DNA of 32,000 nt from Phycisphaera mikurensis NBRC 102666 (GTDB lineage Bacteria > Planctomycetota > Phycisphaerae > Phycisphaerales > Phycisphaeraceae). Position 1 is the first letter of the stretch; each line of letters begins with the position of its first letter. Shown piece after piece: positions 9,546 through 19,552 of this stretch. Position numbers and translations under genes: made by a program. The notes below the pieces were generated by a model. That model was not told the origin of the DNA. It did no database searches and was given only the letters and a program-made list of their open reading frames with translations. Where the stretch lies: NCBI RefSeq assembly GCF_000284115.1, contig NC_017080.1:3270001-3302000 (forward strand). The letters are read 5' to 3'.

Positions 9546-12194
9546 TCAGTCGGCTCCGAGCAGCCGCTCGTCCCAGCGCGTCGCGAGGTAGGGGCTCGAC
9601 ACCGCGAGTTCGTCGCGGCCCGGCCACCCGTCGAGCACCGCGACGCCGGCGGGGTCACGCCACCAGCCCGGCCGGCGGAAGAGGGTCACGCCGCCGGCGA
9701 GCGAGCCGCGGGACAGCGGGAGCAAGGCGGTCGCGTGCTCGCGGTGGAGCGACAGGGGATTGGAAGCGGCGGCGAGCTCGGCCAGCGGCGAGGGGCACCG
9801 GGCGTCGAAGAGGGCGCCCAGGGCCCACGCGGCGGCGGCGCCCTCGGGCCCGGGGCGGGGCAGCCGGCCGAGCAGGACGCCCGCGAGCGCGGGGTCGCTG
9901 CGCCAGCGGCTCGCCGAGGCGGCGTCGACGGCCAGGAAGGGGTCGGCCTCGGCGAGGGCCGCCAGCGCTTCGGCGTCGACCGGCACGCCCGCGGGCCGGT
10001 GTGCGAGCGACTGGACCACGCGGCGGGCCGCGGCCACGCCCAGCGGGGACATCGGCGAGGCCGCTGCGCCGCGGGCGATCCCGGCCAGGAAGGCGTCGGT
10101 GCGGGCCCGCACGCGGGCCTCCACCTCCCCGGCCGGCCCGCCGCCGGGTCCGGGCTCGGCGGCCAGCGTCTCCAGCGCACCGAGCAGCGCCGCGAGCACG
10201 AGGGGATCGCCCGCGGCGAGCGCCTCCGGGTCCAGGTCGAGCCCGCCGCCGGGGGCGAGCGCGTCGCCGCCGCCGGGGTCGCGGCGGTCGCCGGCGAGGC
10301 CCAGCGCCACCGCCGCGGCCACGCGGGTGCCGCGCGGCTGCGTCGTCTGCGCCGCCGTCTTCAGGAAGACCCGCCGCGCGTCCCGGCGGAGGCGTGCGGC
10401 GTCGTGCGGCGAGAGCCGCAGCGGGTACACCGCCGCGGCGTCGGGACCGGCCAAGACCCGCCGGGTGAGAACGGCCGAGGCGAGCAGGGCGAAGGACTCG
10501 GTCGCGCGGCGGTCCAGCTCCGCCGCGTCGGGCCCGGGGTCGGAGGCCGCGACCCGGCGCGGCCGCAGCAGCCGGAGGCCGTCGCGGTCGGGCTCGTCGC
10601 CGTCGGCGTAGCGCAGCACGAGGTCGGGCACGCCCTCGCGCTCCTCGGCGGCGAGGTAGCCCAGCGCGAGCAGCATGGCCGCGCGGGCGGGGTCCGAGCC
10701 GGGCTCGCCTGCGCGGTCGATCTCCTCCACGAGGTCCTCGACGGCGTCCTCGGGGAAGCCGTCTTGGGAGGGCTCCAGCCGCGCCAGCCCCAGCGCCGCG
10801 GCGGTCTCCAGCCGCTGCTCGAGGGGGTTGGGCACGGGACGGCCGCCGACGAGCACACGCGGGACGGCGTGGTCGTTGCCGCCGCCTTCGTCCGCCTCGG
10901 TCCGGTCGCTCCGCCCGCGAGGGCCACGGTCTTGCAGGGTGCTCCCGCCGCGGGGCCCGCCGCGGTCCTGAAGGGTGTTGCCGCCGCCCGGCTCGCCGCG
11001 ATCCTGAAGGGTGTTGCCGCCGTCGGGCCTGCCGCGGTCCTGCAGCGTGTTCCGCCCGTCGGGCCCGCCGCGGTCCTGCAGCGTGTTCCGCCCGTCGGGC
11101 CCGCCGCGGTCCTGCAGCGTGTTGCCGCCGCCGGGTCCGCCTCGGTCGTCGAGCGAGCCGCCGCGGAGATCGCCGTTCCGCGACGCTCCCGCCGGTCGCA
11201 CGGCCCGCGAGACCTGCGGCCCCCCGCCCACCGCCGCCTCCGCCGCGGGCCGGCCGCCGAGCACCGCCGGCCCGAGGAGCAGGACCTCGTGGCGTGCGGG
11301 GAACTCGCCGATCCGCCCGCCCACCGACAGGTACCGGCGGAGCAGGTCCTGGTCCGCCCGCCGCTGGAAGTCCGGCGCGGCGAGCAGTGCCTGCTCGGCG
11401 AGGAAGACACGCGGAACCTCCCGGAGCACCGCCGGCATCAGCCGGTCGTTGACCGCCGAGCCCCGCACGCCCAGGGCCTGGAGCGCGAGGCGCCGTGCGT
11501 CGCCGCCGGGCCCGCGGCGGACCGCCTGGAAGAGCGCCCGCTCCTCCGCCTCCCGCAGCGCGGGGAGCAGCGTCATGCCCGCCGCTGCGCCAGCGGCCGC
11601 CGCGGCGTCGTCGCCCGTGAGATCGGCGAGCAGCAGGGCACGCGCCGCGTCCGAGCCGATCAGCCCCCGGGCCAGCCGCGTCATCCCGCGGACCGCGGGG
11701 CTCGGCGACGCGATCGGGCCGTCGTCCGCGGCGAGCAGGGACTCCGCCCGCGGCCCGCCGACGCGGCCCAGCGCCAGCACGAGCGCCGCCTCGCGCTCCC
11801 GAGCGGCCGCGGCGTCGCCGCCGGGCGCGGCGGCCCGTTCCTCCCACGCGGCCGCCAGCGCCTCCGCCGCGTCGTCCCGCGCCGCCACCCACGCCGCCCC
11901 CGGCTCGGGCCGGGAGCCTCCGGGCCAGCGGTCCGCCAGGAAGCCGTCCCGTCGCGTCTCGAACCACGCGTACCAGCTCGGCACCGCGCTGAGCCGCTCC
12001 TCCCGCAGCAGCAGGCCGAAGCCGCCGACGCAGCCGGCCGCGGCATCCCGCTCCCCGTCGCCCCCGATCGACAGGAAGCCGGACCGCCCGGACGCCGCCG
12101 GCGCCGAGGCGAACACCGCCAACGCCACCGCCACCGTCAATGCCAGCGGCCGCAAGCGAGAAGGGACGTTCCGACGCCGGTTGGGCTGCACCAC
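9546..12194 (-). CDS. Large secreted alanine-rich (HEAT-like) protein with internal 12-aa tandem repeats
   Basis: N-terminal signal peptide [24 protein letters not shown]; helical Ala/Leu/Arg repeats; [12 protein letters not shown] tandem repeat in the centre. Confidence 0.65.
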   Translation of the reverse strand: MVQPNRRRNVPSRLRPLALTVAVALAVFASAPAASGRSGFLSIGGDGERDAAAGCVGGFGLLLREERLSAVPSWYAWFETRRDGFLADRWPGGSRPEPGAAWVAARDDAAEALAAAWEERAAAPGGDAAAAREREAALVLALGRVGGPRAESLLAADDGPIASPSPAVRGMTRLARGLIGSDAARALLLADLTGDDAAAAAGAAAGMTLLPALREAEERALFQAVRRGPGGDARRLALQALGVRGSAVNDRLMPAVLREVPRVFLAEQALLAAPDFQRRADQDLLRRYLSVGGRIGEFPARHEVLLLGPAVLGGRPAAEAAVGGGPQVSRAVRPAGASRNGDLRGGSLDDRGGPGGGNTLQDRGGPDGRNTLQDRGGPDGRNTLQDRGRPDGGNTLQDRGEPGGGNTLQDRGGPRGGSTLQDRGPRGRSDRTEADEGGGNDHAVPRVLVGGRPVPNPLEQRLETAAALGLARLEPSQDGFPEDAVEDLVEEIDRAGEPGSDPARAAMLLALGYLAAEEREGVPDLVLRYADGDEPDRDGLRLLRPRRVAASDPGPDAAELDRRATESFALLASAVLTRRVLAGPDAAAVYPLRLSPHDAARLRRDARRVFLKTAAQTTQPRGTRVAAAVALGLAGDRRDPGGGDALAPGGGLDLDPEALAAGDPLVLAALLGALETLAAEPGPGGGPAGEVEARVRARTDAFLAGIARGAAASPMSPLGVAAARRVVQSLAHRPAGVPVDAEALAALAEADPFLAVDAASASRWRSDPALAGVLLGRLPRPGPEGAAAAWALGALFDARCPSPLAELAAASNPLSLHREHATALLPLSRGSLAGGVTLFRRPGWWRDPAGVAVLDGWPGRDELAVSSPYLATRWDERLLGAD
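10927..11165 (-). repeat. 36-bp tandem repeat (about 6.6 copies) inside the large secreted protein gene
   Basis: Units begin at 10927, 10963, 10999, 11035, 11071, 11107 and a partial at 11143. Units 11035-11070 and 11071-11106 are identical (cggtcctgcagcgtgttccgcccgtcgggcccgccg). Confidence 0.95.
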
Positions 12195-12232
12195 GGGAAG
12201 CTCCGGGGGAGATGCGTTTACGCTCGGAGCGT

Positions 12233-13342
12233 ATGGCCGCCGCTCCCCCCGCCCCGCCGAGCACCCCGCGAAGCTCCGCCGCCGGCGCCGCGGACCGCGG
12301 CCCCGGAACCGCCGATCTGCTGACGGTCCGCGGCCTCAAGGTCCACTTCCCGGTCAAGCGCGGCGTGCTGCAGCGGACGGTTGGGGCCGTCCGCGCCGTC
12401 GACGGCATCGACTTCGGCCTCGCCCGCGGCGAGACGCTCGGCCTCGTCGGCGAGTCGGGCTGCGGCAAGTCCACCGCCGGGCGGGCCGTGCTGCGCCTGG
12501 TGCGCGCCGACGCGGGCGAGGTCACCTTCGACGGGCAGGACGTGCTGAGCGCGGGCCGCCGCGAGCTGCTCGCGTTGCGGCGGCGGATGCAGATCGTCTT
12601 CCAGGACCCGGTGGCCAGCCTCAACCCGCGGATGACGGTGGGGGCCATCCTCGGCGAGCCGCTGGCCGTGCACGGCCTCGCCAGCGGCGAGGCCCTGCGC
12701 GACCGCGTCGCCGACCTGCTCGTGAAGGTGGGCCTGGAAGCCGACCACGCCCGGCGCTACCCGCACGCCTTCTCCGGCGGCCAGCGCCAGCGGATCGGCA
12801 TCGCCCGGGCGCTGGCCCTCGAACCGGACTTCATCGTCTGCGACGAGCCCGTCTCGGCGCTGGACGTCTCCGTCCAGGGCCAGGTCCTCAACCTGCTCTC
12901 GGACCTCCAGGACGAGCTGGGCCTCAGCTACCTGTTCATCGCCCACAACCTCGCCGTCGTCGAGCACTTCTGCGACCGCGTCGCCGTGATGTACCTCGGC
13001 CGCATCGTCGAGATCGCCCCCCGCGACACGCTCTACCGCGACCCCCGCCACCCGTACACCCGGGCCCTGCTCTCCGCCGCCCCCACCCCCGATCCCGCCG
13101 GCCGCCGCGAGCGTGGCGCCCAACGGATCCTCCTCGAGGGCGACGTCCCCAGCCCGATCTTCCTCCACGGCGACGAGCCCCCGGAAGGAGCCGACCCGAA
13201 CGACCCGCCGCCGCCGCTCGCCGCGTCGGACGGGCGAGCCGGCCGGGTGAGGCGAAAAGACCTCCTCGTCCGCCCCCCGCTGGTCCCCGTCCCCGGCAGC
13301 CCGGAGCACCGCGTCTCCCCCGGCCCGGGCGTGGAGCTCTGA
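12233..13342 (+). CDS. Oligopeptide/dipeptide ABC transporter ATP-binding protein (OppF/DppF type)
   Basis: Walker [10 protein letters not shown], signature [17 protein letters not shown], Walker [14 protein letters not shown]-terminal [16 protein letters not shown]. Confidence 0.93.
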   Translation: MAAAPPAPPSTPRSSAAGAADRGPGTADLLTVRGLKVHFPVKRGVLQRTVGAVRAVDGIDFGLARGETLGLVGESGCGKSTAGRAVLRLVRADAGEVTFDGQDVLSAGRRELLALRRRMQIVFQDPVASLNPRMTVGAILGEPLAVHGLASGEALRDRVADLLVKVGLEADHARRYPHAFSGGQRQRIGIARALALEPDFIVCDEPVSALDVSVQGQVLNLLSDLQDELGLSYLFIAHNLAVVEHFCDRVAVMYLGRIVEIAPRDTLYRDPRHPYTRALLSAAPTPDPAGRRERGAQRILLEGDVPSPIFLHGDEPPEGADPNDPPPPLAASDGRAGRVRRKDLLVRPPLVPVPGSPEHRVSPGPGVEL

Positions 13343-13632
13343 CGCTCCGCACCGGGGACCCGCTCTCGCGCGCCGGGCGGATCTCGCCCGTGCCGGGTGG
13401 AGGGGCGGCCCGGCTACGCCACCTCCGCCGCTCGGGGACCTGCTCGCGGCGCCGCCGGGGCCGTCGCGCTGCGAGCCTGGTTCGGCGTCCTCACGGGCGG
13501 CGGCCACGCGATGGCTCCGACCCGCGATCCTCAAACGTCTCATACCCCCCTCACGCCAACGGGTTATTCTACCCAGGGCGAACTCTCGGAGCGCCGTCAG
13601 GCTCTCAGCAAACCATCAGGAGGACACGAAGG

Positions 13633-14652
13633 ATGAAGACACGCGAACGCTTGCGAGCCGGGCTGGCGACCACGGCGGTCTCCGCTCTTGCACTTGCCTG
13701 GACACTCGGTTCCGCGCCGGCAGCCGTCGCCGCGGTCGTGATCGATTGGGCGACCGTCGGCAACGCGGGCAACGCCGCCGACACCACCCGATTGGGCGCG
13801 GTGGGCTACGACTACCGCGTCTCCAAGCACGAGGTGACCAACGCCCAGTACGCCGCATTCCTCAACGCGGTGGCGGCCACGGACACGAACAGGCTTTACA
13901 AGACCATCATGGCCGCCGACCGCCGCGGCGGGATCACCCGATCGGGCTCGCCGGGCAGCTTCACGTACGCCGTGAAAGCGGACATGGGCAACAAGCCGGT
14001 GAATCACGTCAACTGGTTCGACGCGGCCCGCTTCTCGAACTGGATGACCAACGGCCAGGGTTCCGGAAGCACGGAGACCGGCGTGTACACCCTGCGCGGC
14101 CGGTTGGTGCTGGCGACGACCCGCGACACCAGCGACCTATCCCAGGTGTTCCTCCCGAACGAGAACGAGTGGTACAAGGCCGCGTACCACCAGCCATCGG
14201 CCGAGGGCGGCGACAGCGACGGCTACTGGGCTTACCCGACCGCCAGCAACCGCCGGCCCACGATCGCCCGGGCCAACGCCACGGGAGACATCCGAAACGC
14301 CGGTGTGAACGTGGCGAACTACAACAGCGGAGCGGACTGGAACGGCCTGAACGGCAACGTCGCGACGGTCGGCTCGGCGGGGGTCGGCAGCGAGAGCTTC
14401 TACGGCACGTCCGACCAGGGCGGCAACGTGTGGGAGTGGACCGAGTCGCGGCTCGCCTCCAACTTCATCCTCCGCGGCGGCTCGTGGAGCAACTTCGATC
14501 TCAACATGCGGTCCTCGAATCGGATCCTGCTCAGCCCGTCGACCGCGAACAGCCAGGCCGGATTCCGGATCGCGAGCTTCATCCCGGAACCCGCTTCGCT
14601 CGCGCTCCTCGCGGCGGGAGCCCCCCTGGTCCTCAGACGGCGCCGGGATTGA
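13633..14652 (+). CDS. SUMF1/formylglycine-generating-enzyme-fold protein with PEP-CTERM anchor
   Basis: YRVSKHEVTNAQYAAFLNAVA, PVNHVNWFDAARFSNW, LPNENEWYKAAYH, GNVWEWTES, LRGGSW, GFRIASFIPEPASLALLAAGAPLVLRRRRD; SD GGAGG upstream. Confidence 0.88.
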   Translation: MKTRERLRAGLATTAVSALALAWTLGSAPAAVAAVVIDWATVGNAGNAADTTRLGAVGYDYRVSKHEVTNAQYAAFLNAVAATDTNRLYKTIMAADRRGGITRSGSPGSFTYAVKADMGNKPVNHVNWFDAARFSNWMTNGQGSGSTETGVYTLRGRLVLATTRDTSDLSQVFLPNENEWYKAAYHQPSAEGGDSDGYWAYPTASNRRPTIARANATGDIRNAGVNVANYNSGADWNGLNGNVATVGSAGVGSESFYGTSDQGGNVWEWTESRLASNFILRGGSWSNFDLNMRSSNRILLSPSTANSQAGFRIASFIPEPASLALLAAGAPLVLRRRRD

Positions 14653-14765
14653 CCCTCGCCGAAGAGGGGCCGCAGCGGTTCGGAGCACCCTGGCCCCGAC
14701 GTCGCGTCCTCGTAAAGACCGCCCCTCCGGGCCGGGTGGGAGGCCGCGTAGACGGCGGCGGGCTC

Positions 14766-14780
14766 TAGGCTGCGCCCGTG
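14766..14780 (+). promoter_or_regulatory. Leaderless -10/start module (AhbA/B-like gene)
   Basis: TAGGCT, 6 nt, GTG. Confidence 0.6.
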
Positions 14781-15935
14781 CCTGCTTCCGCCGAGATCGA
14801 GCCCGCCTCCCCCCCCGGTTCCGCGACCGGCAGCGTCGACGACCCGCTGAACCGGCGGATCCTCGCGGTTTCGGAGGACACGCTGCAGGGCTTCCACCGC
14901 CGGCCGATGCACGAAATCGCGGAGCGGTCGGGTGTGGCGGTGGAGGACGTGGTCCGCCGCATCCAGGCGATGCTTCGCTCGGGTGCCGTCCGCCGCGTCC
15001 GGCAGACCATGCTCGCCACAAGCCTTGCCCCCGGGGCTCTCGTCGCCTGGCGCGTCCCCCCCGCGAAGCTCCTCAGCGCCTTCGACTTCATGGCGGAGCA
15101 CGATCCCTTCTCCGGCCACGTCGTCCTCCGCACCACCGACGGCGAGACCCCCGGCAGCGGGTACCGGCTGTGGACGACGCTGAAGGTGCCGCGGCCGTTC
15201 TCGCTCGAAGCGCACGCGGAGTGGCTCCAGCGCGAGACCGGCGCCGAGGCCTTCCGCCTGCTCCCCGCGAAGAAGCTCTTCGCCCTGGGCGTCGGCCACG
15301 TCCGCCGCAAGGAGATCGAGCCCGGCGACCGCACCGACGCGCCCGGCCGCGTGCAGGACACCGCGATGGTCGACCTCGACGACCGGCAGTGGCGCGTCCT
15401 CGACGCGATCAAGCGCGAGTTCACGCCGGAAGAGCTGGAAGCGGCGCTCCCCGACGGATCGATCTGGTCCGCCCGGGCCGCCGAAGCGGGCGAGCGCCTC
15501 GACGGGTTCTACGAGGTCGCCGAGAGCCTGCAGCGGGCCCGCGTCGTCGGCCGCTTCTCCACCTTCCTGGAGCACGTGAAGCCCCACGCCGACGGCGCCC
15601 GCGTCACCCGCTTCAACGCGCTGTTCCACTGGAAGGTCCCCGAGGGCCAGGAGATCGAGGCCGGCCTCGAGATCGGCCGGCACCACTGCATGACCCACGC
15701 CTACTGGCGCGAGGGCGGGCCGGAGTTCGGCGGCGTGAACATGATGGGCGTGTCCCACGGCACGGACAAGGCCCGCGTGCTGGAGCACAAGGCCGCCATC
15801 GATCGGCACCTCGAAGAGGCCGGCATTTCCGTCGGCTACACGAACGTGTTCTGGGGCGGGAAGAGCGAGATCAAGCCCAGCGAGGTGAGCCCGCGGGTGT
15901 ACGCGGCGTTCGCGGAGGAACGCGGCATCGCCTGA
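14778..15935 (+). CDS. Siroheme decarboxylase-like (AhbA/AhbB, Lrp/AsnC fold) tandem fusion
   Basis: Two Lrp-like HTH plus AsnC-like modules; second half has RFNALFHWKVP...HHCMTHAYWRE...NMMGVSHG. Confidence 0.6.
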   Translation: MPASAEIEPASPPGSATGSVDDPLNRRILAVSEDTLQGFHRRPMHEIAERSGVAVEDVVRRIQAMLRSGAVRRVRQTMLATSLAPGALVAWRVPPAKLLSAFDFMAEHDPFSGHVVLRTTDGETPGSGYRLWTTLKVPRPFSLEAHAEWLQRETGAEAFRLLPAKKLFALGVGHVRRKEIEPGDRTDAPGRVQDTAMVDLDDRQWRVLDAIKREFTPEELEAALPDGSIWSARAAEAGERLDGFYEVAESLQRARVVGRFSTFLEHVKPHADGARVTRFNALFHWKVPEGQEIEAGLEIGRHHCMTHAYWREGGPEFGGVNMMGVSHGTDKARVLEHKAAIDRHLEEAGISVGYTNVFWGGKSEIKPSEVSPRVYAAFAEERGIA

Positions 15936-15940
15936 GCCCC

Positions 15941-16501
15941 TCAGGCGGCGTACAACTCGCGGAGCGGCAGCTCGGAGCCGAGCTCGGGCAGCGCGACCAC
16001 CGCGTCCTCGCCCTCGCGCCAGCTCCGCTCGAAGCCGCCGTCGGAGCCGCGTCGGTCGACGCTGACCCGCGGCCGCTCCGGCTCGACGAGCAGCAGCACG
16101 CGGAGGCTGGGGATCGTGAGGTACGCGTCTCGCTTCTCGCCCTCGTCCACACGCCGGGTCGACTCGCTGAGCACCTCGACGATCACCACCGGCTGGTCCT
16201 GGAACACGTCGTCCTCGGGGTTGGGCTCGCAAACCACCATCGCGTCGGGGTAGTAGAAACGCGTCTTGGGGGTGGAACGCACGCGGACCTTCGTGTCGGA
16301 GTTGAAGGCCGCGCACCGCTGCCCGCGGAGGCCGGCGTGCAGCGTCGCCACCGCGTTGGTGGCGATCCGGTGGTGGCGGTTCCGCCCCCCGGCCATCATG
16401 TAGATCATCCCGCCGACGTACTCGTGCTTCTGCTCGGCGACCGCCTCGCCCGCGAGGTATTCCTCGACGGAGACCAGCGGGCTGGAGGGGAGTGCGGACA
16501 C
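15941..16501 (-). CDS. Uma2-family (DUF820) PD-(D/E)XK-like protein
   Basis: EEYLAGEAVAEQKHEYVGGMIYMMAGG, YYPDAMVVCEP, PVVIVEVLSESTRRVDEGEKRDAYLTIPSLRVLLLVEPER. Confidence 0.85.
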   Translation of the reverse strand: MSALPSSPLVSVEEYLAGEAVAEQKHEYVGGMIYMMAGGRNRHHRIATNAVATLHAGLRGQRCAAFNSDTKVRVRSTPKTRFYYPDAMVVCEPNPEDDVFQDQPVVIVEVLSESTRRVDEGEKRDAYLTIPSLRVLLLVEPERPRVSVDRRGSDGGFERSWREGEDAVVALPELGSELPLRELYAA

Positions 16502-16513
16502 GCGCGCAGCGTA
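16499..16513 (-). promoter_or_regulatory. Leaderless -10/start module (Uma2 gene)
   Basis: Minus strand TACGCT, 6 nt, GTG. Confidence 0.55.
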
Positions 16514-16632
16514 TGCAGGCGGAGGATGCGGAAGCCGCAGCGCGACCGGGCGGCCCGGGGGGATGCGTCGGATGCCTCCCGACCTTGTGCGGCGTAGATT
16601 CCCGCCCCGCCCCCCGCCGAGCCCCGCCCGAC

Positions 16633-17598
16633 ATGCTCCTCTCGCTGACGCTCCTGGGCCTGGGTTTGGCGCTCCTGCTCGCCGGCGGCGAGGCGCTCGT
16701 GCGGGGCGCGGTCGCGGCCGCGGAGCGGCTGGGCGTGCCCACGCTGGTGATCGGGCTCACCGTCGTCGCCTTCGGCACCAGCACCCCCGAGCTGGTGGTG
16801 AGCCTGGGCGCCGCGTGGCGCGGCAGCCCGGACCTCACCTTCGGCAACGTGGTCGGCAGCAACCTCGCCAACGTGACGCTGCTGCTGGGCCTGACCGCGC
16901 TGGTGAAGCCGGTGCTCGTGGAGCGGCGGATCGTGCGGCGGGAGGTGCCGCTCATGCTGCTCACCGCGGCGGCGGCGGCGGCGCTGGCGCTGGACGGCTC
17001 GCTCGGCAGCGCGGGCGCCGCCGACGCCTTCTCCCGCGGCGACGGCCTTGTGCTGCTGCTGCTGTTCGCCGTGTACCTCTACGGGCTCCTCGGCGACGCG
17101 CTCGGCGAGAAAGGCCCCGCGGGATCGACCGAGGCCGCGGCGAAACCCCCCGCCTCGGGGTGGCTTGCGCTGGGTCTGATCGCCCTCGGCCTCGTCGGCC
17201 TGATCGCCGGGGGCGAGCTGACCGTCCGCGGCGCGACCGACCTCGCCCGCGCCGCGGGCCTGCCCGAGGTGGTCATCGCGTTGACGGTCGTCGCCGTGGG
17301 CACCAGCCTCCCCGAGCTGGTGACGTGCCTGGCCGCCGCCCGCCGCGGGCAGAGCGACCTGGTCGTGGGCAACCTGGTCGGCAGCAACCTCTACAACCTC
17401 ACCTTCGTGCTGGGCCTCACCGCCGCGGCCGTGCCGGTGCCGGTGCCGGTCGGCGGCGGCCCGGACCTGCTCGCGATGGTCGCCGTCTCGGCGCTGCTCC
17501 TGCCGCTGGCGCTCACCGGCAAGCGGGTCAGCCGGCCCGAGGGCGCCCTGCTGCTCGCGCTCTTTGGCGGCTACACGCTGTGGCGGGTGGCCGCTTGA
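16633..17598 (+). CDS. Calcium/sodium antiporter (CaCA family)
   Basis: ALLLAGGEALVRGAVAAAERLGVPTLVIGLTVVAFGTSTPELVVSL...GNVVGSNLANVTLLLG, repeated in second half as VIALTVVAVGTSLPELVTCL...GNLVGSNLYNLTFVLG. Confidence 0.92.
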   Translation: MLLSLTLLGLGLALLLAGGEALVRGAVAAAERLGVPTLVIGLTVVAFGTSTPELVVSLGAAWRGSPDLTFGNVVGSNLANVTLLLGLTALVKPVLVERRIVRREVPLMLLTAAAAAALALDGSLGSAGAADAFSRGDGLVLLLLFAVYLYGLLGDALGEKGPAGSTEAAAKPPASGWLALGLIALGLVGLIAGGELTVRGATDLARAAGLPEVVIALTVVAVGTSLPELVTCLAAARRGQSDLVVGNLVGSNLYNLTFVLGLTAAAVPVPVPVGGGPDLLAMVAVSALLLPLALTGKRVSRPEGALLLALFGGYTLWRVAA

Positions 17599-17639
17599 GA
17601 CGCGGCGACCCCGACGCCCCGCGACGCCGGATCTCGGCG

Positions 17640-19466
17640 ATGCTGTCCCGGCTGCGCGGCTGGCGGCGCTGGTGGCGGCGGCTGCGGCCGCTGGGCGATG
17701 CGCCCGCCGGACGGGAGGTGTGGCTGGCCACCCGCCGCCTCGTGGTCGCGCTCATCGGGGCGACGATCGTCGGCCTGGGCCTGGTGATGGTCGTCGCCCC
17801 GGGCCCGGCGCTGATCGTCGTGCCGCTGGGCCTGTTCGTGCTCGGCTTCGAGTTCGTATGGGCCCTGCGGCTGCAGCGCCGGCTGGTCGCGACGGCGGCC
17901 GGTGCGGCCGATGCGGCCCGCCGCTGGCGGCTCCCGAGGATCTCCGGGACGCCCGACGCCGAGATCCCCCGCAACGGGCGACCGCCGGACCGACCGCCGC
18001 TGCGTAGTGTCCCGACCATGCGGTACGCGACGGGTCGGCTCCTGGTGGCGGGTCGGCGGGTGAGCCCGGTGAAGGTGCTCTTCCTGGGCTACCTCTCGTA
18101 CGTCCTGCTGGGCTGGGGCCTGCTGTGCATCCCCGCGGCGCAGGCGCCGGGCCCGGACGGCGGCGGCGTCGGCGTGCTCGACAACCTGTTCATCGCCACC
18201 TCGGCGATGAGCACCACCGGGCTGGTCACCGTCAACACCCCGCTGGCCTACAGCTTCTGGGGCGAGCTGGTCGTCCTGCTGCTGATCCAGGCCGGCGGCA
18301 TCGGGTACATGACCTTCGGCTCGTTCATCGTGCTGGCCGCCCGCACCGGCATGAGCAAGTGGCGTGAGGGCATGGCCCGCTCCGCCTTCACGCTGCCCGA
18401 GGGCTTCCAAGCGGGCGCTTTCGTCCGCAACGTGGTGATCTTCACCCTGCTGGTCGAGGCCGTGGGCGCCGCGCTCCTCTTCTGGGCGTTCTCCGCCGCG
18501 GGCGTGGGCGAGCGGGCGATCGCCGGGGGCATCGGCGCCAGCGGCGTCGGGGTCGCCCACGTCGCCTGGCAGTCGATCTTCCACAGCGTCTCGGCCTTCT
18601 GCACCGCCGGCTTCTCGCTGTTCCCCGACTCGCTGGAGGCCTACCCCACCAACCCGTGGATCAACGGGATCATCAGCGCGCTGGCGCTCTTTGGGGCCAT
18701 CGGCTTCATCGTCATGAGCGACGTGTTCTGGCGTGCCACCGGCCGCCGGCCCCACCTGACCTTCACCACGCGGATCATCCTGGTCTTCACCGGCTGGATC
18801 GTCGTCGGCGGCGCCGTGCTGCTGTTCATCGCCGACCCCGCGATCGCCGCGCTGCCCGGCGAGGAGCGGGTGCTCGTCGCCTGGTTCCAGAGCATGACCG
18901 CCGCCACCACCGTCGGCTTCAACACCTACCCCATCGGCCGGCTGGGCCAGGCCACCGTGCTGCTGATGGTGCTGCTGATGGTGATCGGCGCCTCGCCCTC
19001 GGGCACCGGCGGCGGCCTGAAGAGCACCTCGCTGTCGGCCATCATCGCCACGCTCAAGTCCACGATCCGCGGACGCCACACCGTGACCTTCTTCGGCGCC
19101 CGCATCCCCCTGGACCGCCTGCACACCGCCTTCGCGGCGCTGGCCATGTACGCCTCCGTCCTGCTGATCGGCGGCTACCTCCTGCTGCTGACCGAGACCC
19201 GGCCGCTCGCCGCCGGCGCGCTCGGCGGCACCCCCTGGGCCTTCGAGGACCTCCTCTTCGAGGCCGCCTCCGCCCTGGGCACCGTCGGCCTCTCCCGCGG
19301 CGTCACCGGCGACCTCACCGATCTGGGCAAGCTGGTCGTGATCGCGCTCATGTTCATCGGCCGCCTCAGCCCGCTGACCTTCGGCCTCGCGCTCTTCGGA
19401 CCCGGCGCCGGGGACCACCCGGCACCCGACGCTCCCGAGGCCGCCGTCGCGGACGTGGCCGTCTGA
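17640..19466 (+). CDS. PGPGW-type small membrane domain fused to TrkH/KtrB-type K+ transporter
   Basis: N-terminus LVVALIGATIVGLGLVMVVAPGPALIVVPLGLFVLGFEFVWA, then uninterrupted frame into TrkH/KtrB with LFIATSAMSTTGLVTVNT, STAGFSL-like SAFCTAGFSLFPDS, MTAATTVGFNTYP, SGTGGGLKSTS. Confidence 0.82.
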   Translation: MLSRLRGWRRWWRRLRPLGDAPAGREVWLATRRLVVALIGATIVGLGLVMVVAPGPALIVVPLGLFVLGFEFVWALRLQRRLVATAAGAADAARRWRLPRISGTPDAEIPRNGRPPDRPPLRSVPTMRYATGRLLVAGRRVSPVKVLFLGYLSYVLLGWGLLCIPAAQAPGPDGGGVGVLDNLFIATSAMSTTGLVTVNTPLAYSFWGELVVLLLIQAGGIGYMTFGSFIVLAARTGMSKWREGMARSAFTLPEGFQAGAFVRNVVIFTLLVEAVGAALLFWAFSAAGVGERAIAGGIGASGVGVAHVAWQSIFHSVSAFCTAGFSLFPDSLEAYPTNPWINGIISALALFGAIGFIVMSDVFWRATGRRPHLTFTTRIILVFTGWIVVGGAVLLFIADPAIAALPGEERVLVAWFQSMTAATTVGFNTYPIGRLGQATVLLMVLLMVIGASPSGTGGGLKSTSLSAIIATLKSTIRGRHTVTFFGARIPLDRLHTAFAALAMYASVLLIGGYLLLLTETRPLAAGALGGTPWAFEDLLFEAASALGTVGLSRGVTGDLTDLGKLVVIALMFIGRLSPLTFGLALFGPGAGDHPAPDAPEAAVADVAV

Positions 19467-19552
19467 TCCGCGCCTCGCTCCCGATGCGGGAGGATCGGAG
19501 ATCCGGGCGTGTCGCATCGACCCCGAGGCCGTCGGTCCGGGCACGCCGGCGA

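Noticed and set aside
10927-11165. Possible CRISPR array because of the 36-bp period
   Set aside because: Units are directly contiguous with no unique spacers and are in frame with a coding sequence.
9519-12323. Competing long ORFs over the large secreted protein gene (9519..12323 +, 9655..12648 -)
   Set aside because: Only the 9546..12194 minus frame has a signal peptide and coherent helical composition; the others run into oppF or are Arg-rich shadows. Without coding-potential statistics this remains a judgement.
11011-13632. Long N-terminal extension of the SUMF1/PEP-CTERM ORF
   Set aside because: The real start is ATG 13633, preceded by GGAGG and followed by a signal peptide; the upstream part is a shadow of oppF and the secreted protein gene.
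14719-14732. CCGCCCCTCCGGGC shared with the truA spacer (22334-22347)
   Set aside because: A 14-nt GC-only match is not convincing in this composition; no flanking similarity.
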